The notes: generated by a model not told the origin, from the letters alone. A stretch of DNA of 64,000 nt from Hyphomonas sp. (GCA_050633385.1 JBOEGK010000037.1:6606-70605), one strand, 5' to 3'. Positions 41,337 through 54,375 are shown, numbered from the stretch's first letter. Numbers and translations: made by a program.

Positions 41337-42380
41337 ATGTCCGATTTGCCTACTTTCTCCGTTGTTATTGTAAACTATAATGGCGGTGATTTCCTCGCAA
41401 ATGCGTTAGCTTCTCTAAAGCGGCAGACCTTTACCGACTTCGAAGTTCTCTTGGTTGATAATGCGTCGGCTGACGGTTCAGTTGACGATATAGATGCGAC
41501 GGGATTGCCCGGTTTCCAGCTTTTGAAACAAGAAGCGAATCTTGGATTTGCGGCAGGAAACAATGTGGCTGCGAAAGTGGCGAAAGGGCGTTGGCTTCTC
41601 CTGCTGAACCCTGATACCGAGGCAAAGGAAGATTGGTTAGAACAGCTCAATGATGCTGCCGAACGGTATCCGACGTGTCGCACGTTTGCGTCGGCCCAGA
41701 TAAATCTATCCAATCGAGAGCTCATGGACGGCGCGGGTGACTGTTATCAGCTGTTCGGCATTCCTTGGCGAGGCGGGTTTGAGCGCTCGGTAAAGGAAAT
41801 GCCCGATGAGGGGCTGTGCTTTGCTGCGTGCGGCGCCAGTGCGATGTATGATCGAGAATTGTTCTTGTCGCTAAATGGTTTTGACGAGCGTTTGTTCTGT
41901 TATTGCGAAGATGTCGACCTTGGTTTTAGGCTTCAGAAGCTGGGTGAGGAGTGCATTTTTGTGCCCAGCGCTGTGATTTATCACGAAGGCAGTGGTATTT
42001 CCGGTCAAGAGAGTGAGTTTTCGACGACGTATGGCAGCCGCAATCGGTCAGCTATTTTTGTGAAGAATATGCCGTTTTGGTTGTTGTTTCTTACCTTCCC
42101 AGCGCATCTGGCCATTATTGCCTACATTGTTGTCCGCAATCGCAGGTCGCCGAGGGCGAAATGGATTTGGGACAGCTCGCTAAAGGGGCTGCCGATGGGG
42201 TGGAAAATGCGCTTTAGCCCCGAATGGCGCGTTGCCTCTTCTTTGGCGCTCGCGCCCGGTTTGCTAAAATCTTTCGCATGGAACCCGTTTCGGATGAGTA
42301 AGCGTCGCACGCATATCCGAAGCTTGCCGAGTGACAGGTTGACCAATGCGGAAGAACTGACAGAGCAGTTCGCTGAGTAA
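41337..42380 (+). CDS. Family 2 glycosyltransferase (rhamnosyltransferase-like)
   Basis: VVIVNYN, VDNASADGS, NLGFAAGNN, LLLNPD, YCEDVDL. Confidence 0.9.
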   Translation: MSDLPTFSVVIVNYNGGDFLANALASLKRQTFTDFEVLLVDNASADGSVDDIDATGLPGFQLLKQEANLGFAAGNNVAAKVAKGRWLLLLNPDTEAKEDWLEQLNDAAERYPTCRTFASAQINLSNRELMDGAGDCYQLFGIPWRGGFERSVKEMPDEGLCFAACGASAMYDRELFLSLNGFDERLFCYCEDVDLGFRLQKLGEECIFVPSAVIYHEGSGISGQESEFSTTYGSRNRSAIFVKNMPFWLLFLTFPAHLAIIAYIVVRNRRSPRAKWIWDSSLKGLPMGWKMRFSPEWRVASSLALAPGLLKSFAWNPFRMSKRRTHIRSLPSDRLTNAEELTEQFAE

Positions 42381-42507
42381 GCGTTCGGCCTTCGTATCTG
42401 CAACAGGATCAAACATTAAGACGACGTCATGTTTTGTGCTGATTTTTGGGACAGTGTTCTTGGCTTGATAAAAGTGACGAAACCGTTTTAGGACATTCCC
42501 AGCATAG

Positions 42508-44740
<2,233 letters not shown>

Positions 44741-44744
<4 letters not shown>

Positions 44745-45445
44745 GGATTGCGCTCATTCCAGCTCGCGGTGGCAGCAAAAGAATTCCCAAAAAAAACATT
44801 AGGGTGTTTTGTGGCGCGCCGATGATTTCCTATTCGATCAGGGCAGCGCAAGCTAGCGGCCTGTTCGACCGCATTGTGGTGTCGACTGATAGCGAGGAGA
44901 TTGCTGATATTGCCCGCGAAAGCGGCGCATTGGTACCCTATATGCGCCCTGCGGAATTGTCTGATGATTTCGCGACGACACTGGACGTGCTCCAGCATGC
45001 CGTGTCGGAGGAAGACAAGACAAATAGCGCCTCTGCGTTGGAGAGTTTATGCTGTCTGTATGCCACCGCGCCTTTCGTCACTGCCGCTGACCTGATCCGG
45101 GGTGAAGCGGTTTTGTCCTCGGGCGACGCGCCTTATGTGTTCAGTGCAACGGAGTATGCATTCCCCGTGCAGCGCGCCTTTAAACGGGATGCGGGCGGGC
45201 GTGCGGCGCTGTTGTTTCCGGAGCATGAAGGCACGCGCTCGCAAGATTTGACGCCGACGTTTCACGATGCTGGACAGTTCTATTGGTGTCGCCCTGAGGC
45301 TATTCGCAAATCGCTGCCAATCTTGGCGGGTGCAGAGCCGTTGATGGTTGATCGGCGACGGGTTCAGGATATCGATACGCCCGATGACTGGGCCTATGCA
45401 GAGGCTATGTTCAAACTTCTGCAAGCTGAGGAAAACGGTAAGTGA
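44741..45445 (+). CDS. pseF: CMP-pseudaminic acid synthetase
   Basis: IPARGGSKRIPKKN, RSQDL, HDAGQFYW, QDIDTPDDW. Confidence 0.9.
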
Positions 45446-47022
45446 CCGATTGGATCCTATTTCGTGTTGATGCCAGCACAGAGATCGGGACGGGCCATGT
45501 TATGCGGTGTCTGGCTGTTGGTCGGGAAATGCTCCGCGCGGGTGTCACGTGCGTGTTCGTGTGTCGTTATTTGCCGGAGGCTTTGCGCGGCGCGTTGGCA
45601 GACGCTGGCATGGTGGTTGTGAAATTGCCTGCAGACACGCAAGCCCCCTCCGCTTTAGTCGGCGATATTTACGCCAAATGGCTGGGCGTCCCCCAGACCG
45701 AAGATGCAGAGCATACGATCACTGCTGTGAGCGAGATGGCCCAAAAGAATGGCCCCCCGATGCTGATTGCTGTGGATCACTATGCGCTCAACACGGTTTG
45801 GGAAACGCGTGTATCCCAGCAATTTGATACCCCAGTTTTTGTGATCGATGATCTTAGCAATCGTGAGCATAATTGCGCGGGTTTGCTCGATACTACTTTC
45901 GGAAAATCAGAGGCGGACTATCGCGCATTGGTGCCGCAAGACTGTCATTTTTTTGTTGGGGCGCAATATGCTTTGCTGCGCCCTGAGTTTAAGCGTGTGC
46001 GTGCGTCAGTGCTTGCAGCGCGCGATGAGGGGTTTGCCAAAGGCAAGGCCGTTGAGCGCGTTCTGGTGGCGCTGGGCGGCGCTGATAAGGACAATGCGAC
46101 AGCGCTATGCCTTGAGGCGCTGAATGCTGTCACTGCGCGAACCCCGTTTCATGTCGATGTGTTGGTGGGGGCAGCCTATCTCTTCTTAGATAAGCTGAAC
46201 CGGGACGCTGAGGCATATCGCTTCTCTATGACTATCCATTCAAATGTCAGCGATGTGACGCCGCTCTTAGCGTCAGCGGACCTCGCAATCGGGGCGGCGG
46301 GGTCATCGACCTGGGAGCGCTGCTGCCTAGGGGTGCCAACCGTGAACGTGGTGATCGCTGAAAATCAGATGACAATTGCCAGGAACCTCACGCAGGCGGG
46401 TGCTGTCGTGCCGCTGAATGATCTGTGGACACAGACAGCGGATGCTATCGCTTCAGATATTCTTCAGCTATTGTTCGATGAGGTCGCGCCGCGTCAGCGC
46501 CTCAGTCAGCGTGCACGAGAGATCTGTGACGGCGAGGGTGTCGCGCGTGTGGTCGCATACCTAAAAAGCTTTCAGGATGACTCTCTCATGCAATTCAAAC
46601 AGGCGACCAGAGACGATATTCAGACCGTATTTGAGTGGCAAACCGCCCCGTCAACACGCGAGCATGCGGTGAACCCTCAGCCGCCCACTTGGGACGAGCA
46701 CCAAGAATGGATGGAGCGACGGATATCAGACACAGACAAGCCCTATATGATCGCATGGCTCGGGGGTGAACGTGTAGGGTTTGTGCGGCTCGATAAGTCA
46801 CGACATCCCGATTATACGGATGTGGATGAGATCTCGATTGTAATTGCGCCTGACAAAACGGGACAGGGGCTTGGTAAAACGATGCTCCAGCAATTTGTAG
46901 AGCAGTTTAAAATTCCAATGTTGGCGCATGTTTTGCCAAACAATACGCGATCACATCGCCTTTTTCTCGCCGTAGGATTCGTAGAGATTCTACCCCAGTA
47001 TTATGGAATCAATCTCGATTGA
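45442..47022 (+). CDS. pseG: PseG nucleotidase fused to a C-terminal PseH-like GNAT acetyltransferase
   Basis: FRVDASTEIGTGHVMRC, VIDDL..R.H, AGSSTWER; C-terminal WDEHQEW, GQGLG, N.RS..LF. Confidence 0.85.
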   Translation: MTDWILFRVDASTEIGTGHVMRCLAVGREMLRAGVTCVFVCRYLPEALRGALADAGMVVVKLPADTQAPSALVGDIYAKWLGVPQTEDAEHTITAVSEMAQKNGPPMLIAVDHYALNTVWETRVSQQFDTPVFVIDDLSNREHNCAGLLDTTFGKSEADYRALVPQDCHFFVGAQYALLRPEFKRVRASVLAARDEGFAKGKAVERVLVALGGADKDNATALCLEALNAVTARTPFHVDVLVGAAYLFLDKLNRDAEAYRFSMTIHSNVSDVTPLLASADLAIGAAGSSTWERCCLGVPTVNVVIAENQMTIARNLTQAGAVVPLNDLWTQTADAIASDILQLLFDEVAPRQRLSQRAREICDGEGVARVVAYLKSFQDDSLMQFKQATRDDIQTVFEWQTAPSTREHAVNPQPPTWDEHQEWMERRISDTDKPYMIAWLGGERVGFVRLDKSRHPDYTDVDEISIVIAPDKTGQGLGKTMLQQFVEQFKIPMLAHVLPNNTRSHRLFLAVGFVEILPQYYGINLD

Positions 47023-47188
47023 CGGGGGGATGTTGGAGTGATGAGGCTTTCAGTGCCCGATAGCGTTGTTTCTTATGAAGGTTTTTAAATTGAAGCATTC
47101 GCGCATTGGCGTGGTGCATCGGTTGGACTAAAGATGGCGAAGGCTTTTACGCTTGGCCGTAAACGCTCATGAATGATAAGGACAAACC

Positions 47189-48235
47189 ATGAGTATGAAT
47201 ATCAACGGTCGCTTGGTGGGCGCTGAACATGAGCCGTTTATCATTGCGGAAATGTCGGGCAACCATAATGGTTCTTTGCAACGTGCGAAGGACATTGTGA
47301 AAGCCGCAGCCGAGACCGGGGTGGATTGCCTTAAATTTCAGACATACACCGCTGAGACGATGACGCTCGACCTGCATACGGATGACTTTGTGATTCGTGA
47401 TCCGAAAAGCCTTTGGGATGGTCGACAGCTTTATGAACTGTATGGCGAGGCGTATACGCCGTGGGAATGGCACAAAGAGTTGTTCGACTATGCGAAGAGC
47501 TTAGGTGTGCTGTCTTTTTCCACGCCGTTTGATTTGTCTGCTGTTGAGTTTCTCGAAACGCTTGACGTGCCCATGTATAAGATCGCCTCGTTTGAGCTGA
47601 CGCATATTCCGCTTATCCGGAGAGTCGCACAAACCGGAAAGCCGATGATTATGTCGACAGGGATGGCGAGTAAGGAAGACATCGCGCTGGCGATTGAGAC
47701 CGCGCAGCAGAATGGTGCGTCAGAGATCGCTATTCTCAAATGCACGAGCGCTTATCCCGCTGATGCTTCGGACGCCAACCTGCAAACGATTGCTGATATG
47801 CAGGAGACGTATGGCGTGGAGGTTGGCCTGTCTGACCACACTTTAGGAACAGGTGTTGCTGTTGCTAGCATTGTTCACGGTGCAACAATCGTTGAAAAGC
47901 ACTTCACTTTGAGCCGAGAGGAGGGCGGTGTGGATGCTGACTTCTCGTTGGAGCCTTGGGAAATGAAGTTACTCAAAGAGGAGACAAGTCGAGCGTGGCA
48001 GAGCCGAGGGAAAGTTCACTATTCTGGCACCGACAATGAGCAAAACTCAAAACAATTCCGGCAATCTGTCTATCCAAAAATAGACATTGCTGAAGGTGAG
48101 ATTTTTTCCGAGGCGAACCTCAAAATTTGCCGTCCGGGGTTTAGTCTCGCGCCTCGCTATTATGACGATTTGCTGGGAAAGCAGGCCCGTCGGGCGATCA
48201 AAGCAGGTGACCGTTTGAGTGAGCAGGATTTATAA
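47189..48235 (+). CDS. pseI: Pseudaminic acid synthase
   Basis: IAEMSGNHNG, KFQTYT, KIASFE, LKCTSAYP, GLSDHT, IVEKHFT; C-terminal SAF-like domain. Confidence 0.93.
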   Translation: MSMNINGRLVGAEHEPFIIAEMSGNHNGSLQRAKDIVKAAAETGVDCLKFQTYTAETMTLDLHTDDFVIRDPKSLWDGRQLYELYGEAYTPWEWHKELFDYAKSLGVLSFSTPFDLSAVEFLETLDVPMYKIASFELTHIPLIRRVAQTGKPMIMSTGMASKEDIALAIETAQQNGASEIAILKCTSAYPADASDANLQTIADMQETYGVEVGLSDHTLGTGVAVASIVHGATIVEKHFTLSREEGGVDADFSLEPWEMKLLKEETSRAWQSRGKVHYSGTDNEQNSKQFRQSVYPKIDIAEGEIFSEANLKICRPGFSLAPRYYDDLLGKQARRAIKAGDRLSEQDL

Positions 48236-48247
48236 GGCGTTTCCGAT

Positions 48248-49123
48248 ATGGGTAATCCAACAATCGTATCACCCGCTTTGGACGCGGATATCGTCGTGGA
48301 TGAGGTGCGCGATCAGGTTTTGCATTCCGCGAAGTTCGCTGTTCCTGAGAATGCGCAACAGGATATTTGGCGCGCTTTGTTGCGCTGGAAATTGTGGTTG
48401 TCGCTGGCGTGGCATGGATTGCGTCAACGCTATAAACGCTCCTGGATTGGTGTGGGTTGGATCGCGGTCTCTTTCGCTTTGTTTACGGGAATAAAGTTGG
48501 TTATTTTTGGGGCGCTCACGGACAAGCCGCTCAGCTTTTTTGGACCATATTTGGCGATTGGTTATTTGTCTTTCCGCTTTATTTCCAACTCTATTACAGG
48601 CGGATCAGCAGCGTTCATTTCGTCGCAGAATTGGATCAAAGCCGAGCCAATGCCTTTGATGGTGTATATTTTTAAGCTGCTCGCCAACAATATGATGATC
48701 TCGCTTATACAGATTGTTCCGGCCCTGTTGATTTGCTTTGCGTTCATGGTGCCCAATATTGCTGTCGTCTGGTGCCTACCCTTTATTTTGTTCGCTTTTG
48801 TCCTGAATGGTGTGAGCGTTAGTGTGATTGTTGGCGTGCTATGCGCGCGGCATCGGGACTTTCTGTATCTGCTGACCACGTTGATGCAGTTATTGTATTT
48901 TGCCACACCGATTCTTTGGGTTCCTCCGGAGACGGGCATTCGTGCAAGCTTGGCAGTTTGGAACCCGTTGGCACACTTTATCGCCATTGTTCGCCAGCCT
49001 ATGATTGATGGCACGATACCGTGGCAAAGCTGGGCCGTGGTCGGAGGGATCACCGTTTTCACGCTTGTCGCATCATTCATAACATTCGCTGTCGCGCGTC
49101 GCAGAATTGTGTTCTGGCTCTAA
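48248..49123 (+). CDS. Polysaccharide ABC exporter permease (Wzm/KpsM type)
   Basis: RQRYKRSWIG, about six hydrophobic segments, LYFATPILW, NPLAHFI. Confidence 0.88.
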   Translation: MGNPTIVSPALDADIVVDEVRDQVLHSAKFAVPENAQQDIWRALLRWKLWLSLAWHGLRQRYKRSWIGVGWIAVSFALFTGIKLVIFGALTDKPLSFFGPYLAIGYLSFRFISNSITGGSAAFISSQNWIKAEPMPLMVYIFKLLANNMMISLIQIVPALLICFAFMVPNIAVVWCLPFILFAFVLNGVSVSVIVGVLCARHRDFLYLLTTLMQLLYFATPILWVPPETGIRASLAVWNPLAHFIAIVRQPMIDGTIPWQSWAVVGGITVFTLVASFITFAVARRRIVFWL

Positions 49124-49124
49124 T

Positions 49125-50285
49125 ATGGCTTCGATTATCGCAGAAAATGTATCTTTGGTTTATCCGCTTATCGGTGCGGATTCTCGTTTTGGATGGAAGT
49201 TCAAACGCGATGACGCGCGGACGAACTCCAATGTCGGAGGGCGTATTGTTGCCGAACGAGGAGCAAAATCTGGCGTGCAGGCGATTAGCAATCTGAATGT
49301 ATCGCTGAAAGATGGCGATCGCCTTGGCATTTTTGGGCACAATGGGGCCGGGAAAACCACGCTCTTGCGGGTGCTCGCTGGGATCTATCCACCGACCACG
49401 GGCACGCTGCGTATCGAAGGGCGGATTACAGGCCTGTTCAGCCTTGGCCTTGGGCTCAACAAAGAGGCGACAGGGTATGAGAATATAACGCTGAAAGCGC
49501 TGATGTATGGCTTGAGGCGTGATGAAATTCAGGAACTTATCCCGAAGGTGGCCGAATTTTCGGAGCTTGGCGACTATCTGAATATGCCTATGAAAACGTA
49601 TTCGTCCGGCATGACGATGCGGTTGCTTTTCTCGATCGCCAGTGCGCTACGGCCGGAAATCTTGTTGCTCGACGAATGGGTATCTTCCGGCGATCGAAGC
49701 TTTAAGCAGAAGGTCGATGACAGACTTCAGAGCATGCTTGAAACCACGCCGATTGTGATTATCGCCAGTCACAATGAAGACCGATTGCAGGGGTGGGCAA
49801 ATAGAGTTGTAACGCTGAAAAAAGGGCAGGTAGTCGCAAACGTTGATACGAGCGATATTGAGAATGTTTCAAACTTCAAGCCTGACCAAGACGCGGTAGC
49901 GAAATTCAAGCGTCTCGTGAATTTAGGAGAGCTGGACGGAGCGATGTCGCAACTCGAGCAGACTTGGCCCAAAGCAGTGGCGCCGGTTGAGTTCTTTAGT
50001 CAGCGGGCAACGCTTTTGCTGAAGCAGCTCAATTATGATGAGGCCGAAGTGTCGCTGCGGGCCGCGCTAGATAGCGCTCCCGATATGCCCAAGCTGCATG
50101 ATCAAATGAGCCGTGTTCTGGAAAAACAAAAACGCTATGCGCAAGCCGCCGATAGTATCGAAACGGCCTTGTTACAAAGCTCTGGTCTCGTCGGTGACCT
50201 CACTCGTTTGAAGAAGATGTGCGCACTTTCTGATGATCCCGACCGTTATAGTCGGATCGTCGATGCACTGTATGATGCGAAATAA
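49125..50285 (+). CDS. Polysaccharide ABC exporter ATPase (Wzt/KpsT type) with a C-terminal helical TPR-like extension
   Basis: GHNGAGKTT, YSSGMTMRL, LLLDE; about 140 extra helical residues. Confidence 0.88.
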   Translation: MASIIAENVSLVYPLIGADSRFGWKFKRDDARTNSNVGGRIVAERGAKSGVQAISNLNVSLKDGDRLGIFGHNGAGKTTLLRVLAGIYPPTTGTLRIEGRITGLFSLGLGLNKEATGYENITLKALMYGLRRDEIQELIPKVAEFSELGDYLNMPMKTYSSGMTMRLLFSIASALRPEILLLDEWVSSGDRSFKQKVDDRLQSMLETTPIVIIASHNEDRLQGWANRVVTLKKGQVVANVDTSDIENVSNFKPDQDAVAKFKRLVNLGELDGAMSQLEQTWPKAVAPVEFFSQRATLLLKQLNYDEAEVSLRAALDSAPDMPKLHDQMSRVLEKQKRYAQAADSIETALLQSSGLVGDLTRLKKMCALSDDPDRYSRIVDALYDAK

Positions 50286-50294
50286 GCGGTGAGC

Positions 50295-53200
50295 TTATTC
50301 CGCGGCCAAGGCATCTTCCTGTAGTTCGAATTTCTCGACGATACGCTCGGCAACGAGACGCATGGATGGATCGCCGTTTCTAAGAAGCTCTTTTACGTTT
50401 GCCTCTCTCCATCGCGGTATACCGACCTTGTCATTTGTAAGTTGCCGGATGGAATAGTTGTTCTTTATTGATACTTCGTCAGTGCCAAGATATGAGATTA
50501 AGAAGGCTGCTTTCTTGCGTAACTCGGCGTCAGGTGTCGTGTATTTTTTCGAGCCTAAAAACTTAGCATATTGCTCGCGCGTTTCTGGGTAGAGCAGATC
50601 TACTGGGTAATCATGCCGACCAAAGAATGAGCACATCATGACTGGCACGCCCAGCGCTGTCAGCTCCAGAGAGCTGGACCCATTCCAGAGTATGGCGAGG
50701 TCGAGATAAGGCGCGAGCGCATGCACATTGATTTCCCGATGCTCCAGAAGACGGACATTGTTTGGTAGGTCTGTGGCAATCAAGTCACTGAATGTATCGA
50801 CAAGATCTAGTGCGATCTCGGGTTTCAACTCATGCGGGTGAGGCTTAATAAGCAGCAATATATCATCGCGGTTGCGTACGGATTCCACTGTGTGCGTGAT
50901 CCAGTCGGCCATATCCAGATGACCGGGACCACCATCATAAGGGACGTTCAAATCGACAGGCACTTTTCCGAAACAGCAGACAATCGTTTTTCCAGCGTCG
51001 CGGGCGGCCTTAAGTTCGTCTTCGAGTTTGTTTGTTGCAACATTGTCTGACGAGTTGTTGCGGTTCACTTTGATCATCTGATCCGCGCGATCGCGGAATT
51101 CTGCATTGTCTTCGTTTCGGCTGTACCAGTCTTCAAATTTGTCGCGCAATGCGAGGAAGGGTGCGCGGCGATCCCGATGTAGGGTCATGTCTGTCACACT
51201 CATTGTTGTCGCAAATTTGCTGCCCACATTGGAGAAGTATGACTCATAGGCGACGTTGCAGTTGATGTATCCTAGTCGGGGATCATCTACGTGGCGTGCA
51301 AAATCCCTGAAAATCGAGAAGGGAGTTACATGGCTGTTTCCAGACACAAATGTTGCATTGATGTCATTCTCGACAACGTCGCGATAGATTTGTTTGCACA
51401 GATACAATGCCATGTCACAACGGCGCTGTTGGACGAGGAAGTCACGGAAAATTGCCGGTTCGTTCAAATCGATATGATACTTCCGATGTTGCGTTGAGAG
51501 ACGCTCATAGAAACCTTGCCAGAAATTTATCCCGCCGACGCAGACTTTCCTGTTCTCCCAATCGATCTCCCACTCTTGTGTCAGCTTGTGCCGGAACAAG
51601 TTGGTCGGAATGATGCCGGCATATTTGTCGATAGCCTCAATACCCGTCGGGTCATAAGGAACCATACCTTCCATCATATTCACAACCGCGTACCCGGAGC
51701 GTTTCAACTCGAGTAGCGCCGGGGTCATCATGGCGAGGGTGTTGTAGCAAGTTTGTGAGGCCAGAAAAACAACCCCCTTTGGAAATCGTGGCTGCGGGTG
51801 GGCATTTAGAATTTTCCCGCTTTCTGTGACAAACTTAATTTTGTCTATTTCGGTTTCGAGCGATACGCGTTGAGCAGGCGATGTCGTTTCATATGACAGC
51901 TCGCGTAACACTTCGAGGGATTGGTGGAAGCGCCCGAGGCCGCGCAGGGCCCGCGCATAGGCGATTTGGGTTTTGCGGGTGTTGCGTGTTAGCTCTGATA
52001 CTTTGGCGTAGGTCTTTAGGTAACCGATATGGTCTGCGACGCTGCCATGATAGTCGAGACGTAGGTTCTCCATCACCGCCTGTTCATTGATCGCATGTGT
52101 GCCCGATGGGTGGAAGAAATGATTGTTCAGCATGGTCTTGGCAACTGTGAAATTACCTGCCTTCAGAAGATAATTGTAAATGCTGTAGAAGTGGGGGAGA
52201 CGTTTTTGTAAGCTCCCCCAGCTGACAAATTTTGGATGATCAAATCCAAATTCCTCGCCGGCACCCGTCACTTCAATCAGGCGCTCATACGAGCGGACGA
52301 CGTTGGCCTCATCGTTAAGTGTGATCGACTTGAGGGCCTCGTTAAGGAGCATGTCATACTCGCTGCTGAAGCGCTGGTTTAGGCGTAGCTCGTATTGGTC
52401 TGCACAATCACGGGTTAGTTGCCACCGGAATGAATGATCTCGTTCGCTGCGCGTAGGGCGTGAGACCATTATTGCACAGAAACGACGATAGATGCTGTCC
52501 GGAACTTCTTCCAGAAGATCGAGTCTTGCGAGTAAGTCCTCAATGACATCGTACTCAAGATTGTTAGACAGAATTCTGAGGTACTCGATCAGAGCAGGAG
52601 ACGTTTTTTGATTGATTTCATAATGCGTAATCAGGTCTGCGTTGATGTCGCGTGGGCTTGGCAGCACGCGACCGCTCGCATTTTTTTGGGCGATAGCGTA
52701 TGATTTCAGGAACTCTTCTACCAAAGTTTGATCATATTTTATCTCGTCCCATGACTGATTAAATTTCTGAATCAGAATGGCGCAATATTGTGCCATGACT
52801 TCATAGTTGGATGTGTGGGCCAGTAAATGCAGTATGTTAGGCGCGTCATGCAATTGTAGGTCGGTGGCAATGATTTCCCAAGCTTTATCGTGATCAACCT
52901 CTCCGGCGTGTGGTGTGTCGAGCAGGAGCAATAGTAGGCGGGCAGGTGGCGTGAGATACTCAGAATTTTTTTGAAGCGTTTCAATATTGAAAACAGAAGC
53001 GGGTAATTCAAAAATGTTTTCGTATTTTACGCGCTCAACAATGAAGTGACTGGCGATCGTAAAAAAGTCGACCAATTTATCACTGCTGGGATGCAGGTAT
53101 CGCGGGTATTCAAGATAAGCCGCAGCGAATAATTGTTTCAAGGATAGACGACGGTTCCGTCGGGCAATGCTATGGGTGTCGTGGGTCAGGCCCCAGCCGG

Positions 53201-54212
53201 CGTAAAACGGCAGTCCCTCAACATTGACTGTTTTGCCGTGGATGAGCGCTTCAAAACCCGATAATGAGGTTTGGGTTACGATCCGGTCTGCCTGAAGAAT
53301 ATGGGTTAGAAGTGGCGTTGCGCTATCGAGTAAAGTTACGTCTGGTCCAATTGTTGATTGCAGGTGCTCTGTCCCGCCCTGACGAATGAGGTCAGGGTGC
53401 GGACGGAAGAAAATTGTATCTTCAGGGAACGTCGTTCGGGCTGTTTTGAGAAGTTCAGTATTCTTCCAGCGCTTTGTCTCTGTGATGCCACCAAACCGGA
53501 TGGAGGCGTCCTTCTCCATTTGACCTAATACCAGTACAGCCTGGTTACCTTCTGTCTCGATGGGGTTGCCGCGAGAGAATTCGGACAATGGAAAATACTT
53601 GGTGAGGCGTGCTGCACGCATGATTTCGAGGCCAGCGTGGGCGCGTGCCATCAAGTCTGGATCATCTAATTCTTGGGTTGTAAGAATTTTTTCTAAGTCC
53701 GATGGCTCGGTCGCGTCATAGTAAATGCCTGACTCATCAAGAACGAGTGAAAGAGCTTTCGTATGGAGCGCGCCAGGGTTGGTAGACCGCAGGAAGCCGT
53801 CTTCCATAGAAAAGAGTCGGGCGCCCCGTTTGGCGGCAAACCTTTTGGCCTGAGCTGGCAAATTCTTTCCCCATCCAATGACAATGACGGGCGCATCGTC
53901 TTCTAGTTCGGCCAATTCTTCGAGGATGCTCTCGATTGAAGGATCACCGTCGATAAAAGCTGTTCTGTATTCGGGAAGGTAAGCTGAAACGGTTTTCCGC
54001 TTCCACCCGCCAAATCCCCATAAGAGGGCGATGGGAAGTTCTGTTGAGGTTTCCCAGTTCCAGCCTATCCGGGTTAATGGTGATGCGGGGCGGGCACGAC
54101 CTGAAAATGGCCGTGTCAAAAAGCTGATTTCTTGGCGGAGTCTATCGGGATTGTGATAGATTCGCTCTGCTTTTTTCTTTACGCGGGTGACAAGATTCTT
54201 GTTGAGCACCAT
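50295..54212 (-). CDS. Large multidomain capsule biosynthesis protein: KpsC-like N-terminal domain, helical middle, second KpsS-like GT-B domain
   Basis: MEDGFLRS, LVLDESGIYYD, RPHPD, SGFEAL, GLPFYAGWGLT (KpsC-like); LLIKPHPHE and SSSLELTALGVPV (second domain); start ATG 54212 preferred. Confidence 0.85.
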   Translation of the reverse strand: MVLNKNLVTRVKKKAERIYHNPDRLRQEISFLTRPFSGRARPASPLTRIGWNWETSTELPIALLWGFGGWKRKTVSAYLPEYRTAFIDGDPSIESILEELAELEDDAPVIVIGWGKNLPAQAKRFAAKRGARLFSMEDGFLRSTNPGALHTKALSLVLDESGIYYDATEPSDLEKILTTQELDDPDLMARAHAGLEIMRAARLTKYFPLSEFSRGNPIETEGNQAVLVLGQMEKDASIRFGGITETKRWKNTELLKTARTTFPEDTIFFRPHPDLIRQGGTEHLQSTIGPDVTLLDSATPLLTHILQADRIVTQTSLSGFEALIHGKTVNVEGLPFYAGWGLTHDTHSIARRNRRLSLKQLFAAAYLEYPRYLHPSSDKLVDFFTIASHFIVERVKYENIFELPASVFNIETLQKNSEYLTPPARLLLLLLDTPHAGEVDHDKAWEIIATDLQLHDAPNILHLLAHTSNYEVMAQYCAILIQKFNQSWDEIKYDQTLVEEFLKSYAIAQKNASGRVLPSPRDINADLITHYEINQKTSPALIEYLRILSNNLEYDVIEDLLARLDLLEEVPDSIYRRFCAIMVSRPTRSERDHSFRWQLTRDCADQYELRLNQRFSSEYDMLLNEALKSITLNDEANVVRSYERLIEVTGAGEEFGFDHPKFVSWGSLQKRLPHFYSIYNYLLKAGNFTVAKTMLNNHFFHPSGTHAINEQAVMENLRLDYHGSVADHIGYLKTYAKVSELTRNTRKTQIAYARALRGLGRFHQSLEVLRELSYETTSPAQRVSLETEIDKIKFVTESGKILNAHPQPRFPKGVVFLASQTCYNTLAMMTPALLELKRSGYAVVNMMEGMVPYDPTGIEAIDKYAGIIPTNLFRHKLTQEWEIDWENRKVCVGGINFWQGFYERLSTQHRKYHIDLNEPAIFRDFLVQQRRCDMALYLCKQIYRDVVENDINATFVSGNSHVTPFSIFRDFARHVDDPRLGYINCNVAYESYFSNVGSKFATTMSVTDMTLHRDRRAPFLALRDKFEDWYSRNEDNAEFRDRADQMIKVNRNNSSDNVATNKLEDELKAARDAGKTIVCCFGKVPVDLNVPYDGGPGHLDMADWITHTVESVRNRDDILLLIKPHPHELKPEIALDLVDTFSDLIATDLPNNVRLLEHREINVHALAPYLDLAILWNGSSSLELTALGVPVMMCSFFGRHDYPVDLLYPETREQYAKFLGSKKYTTPDAELRKKAAFLISYLGTDEVSIKNNYSIRQLTNDKVGIPRWREANVKELLRNGDPSMRLVAERIVEKFELQEDALAAE

Positions 54213-54375
54213 TTTTTCCCCGATTTCTATCGTTCGATACGTCCACTTGAGGAGGAAGTACGTCGATATTTTGTAATTTACAAACGGGGATATAGAAAGA
54301 CGATTGATAAAGCTTTTAAGGAATCGAGGTTTTCGCGTCAATCAAGGCTCAATGTTAGCGCTCTCTTGGTCTCTA

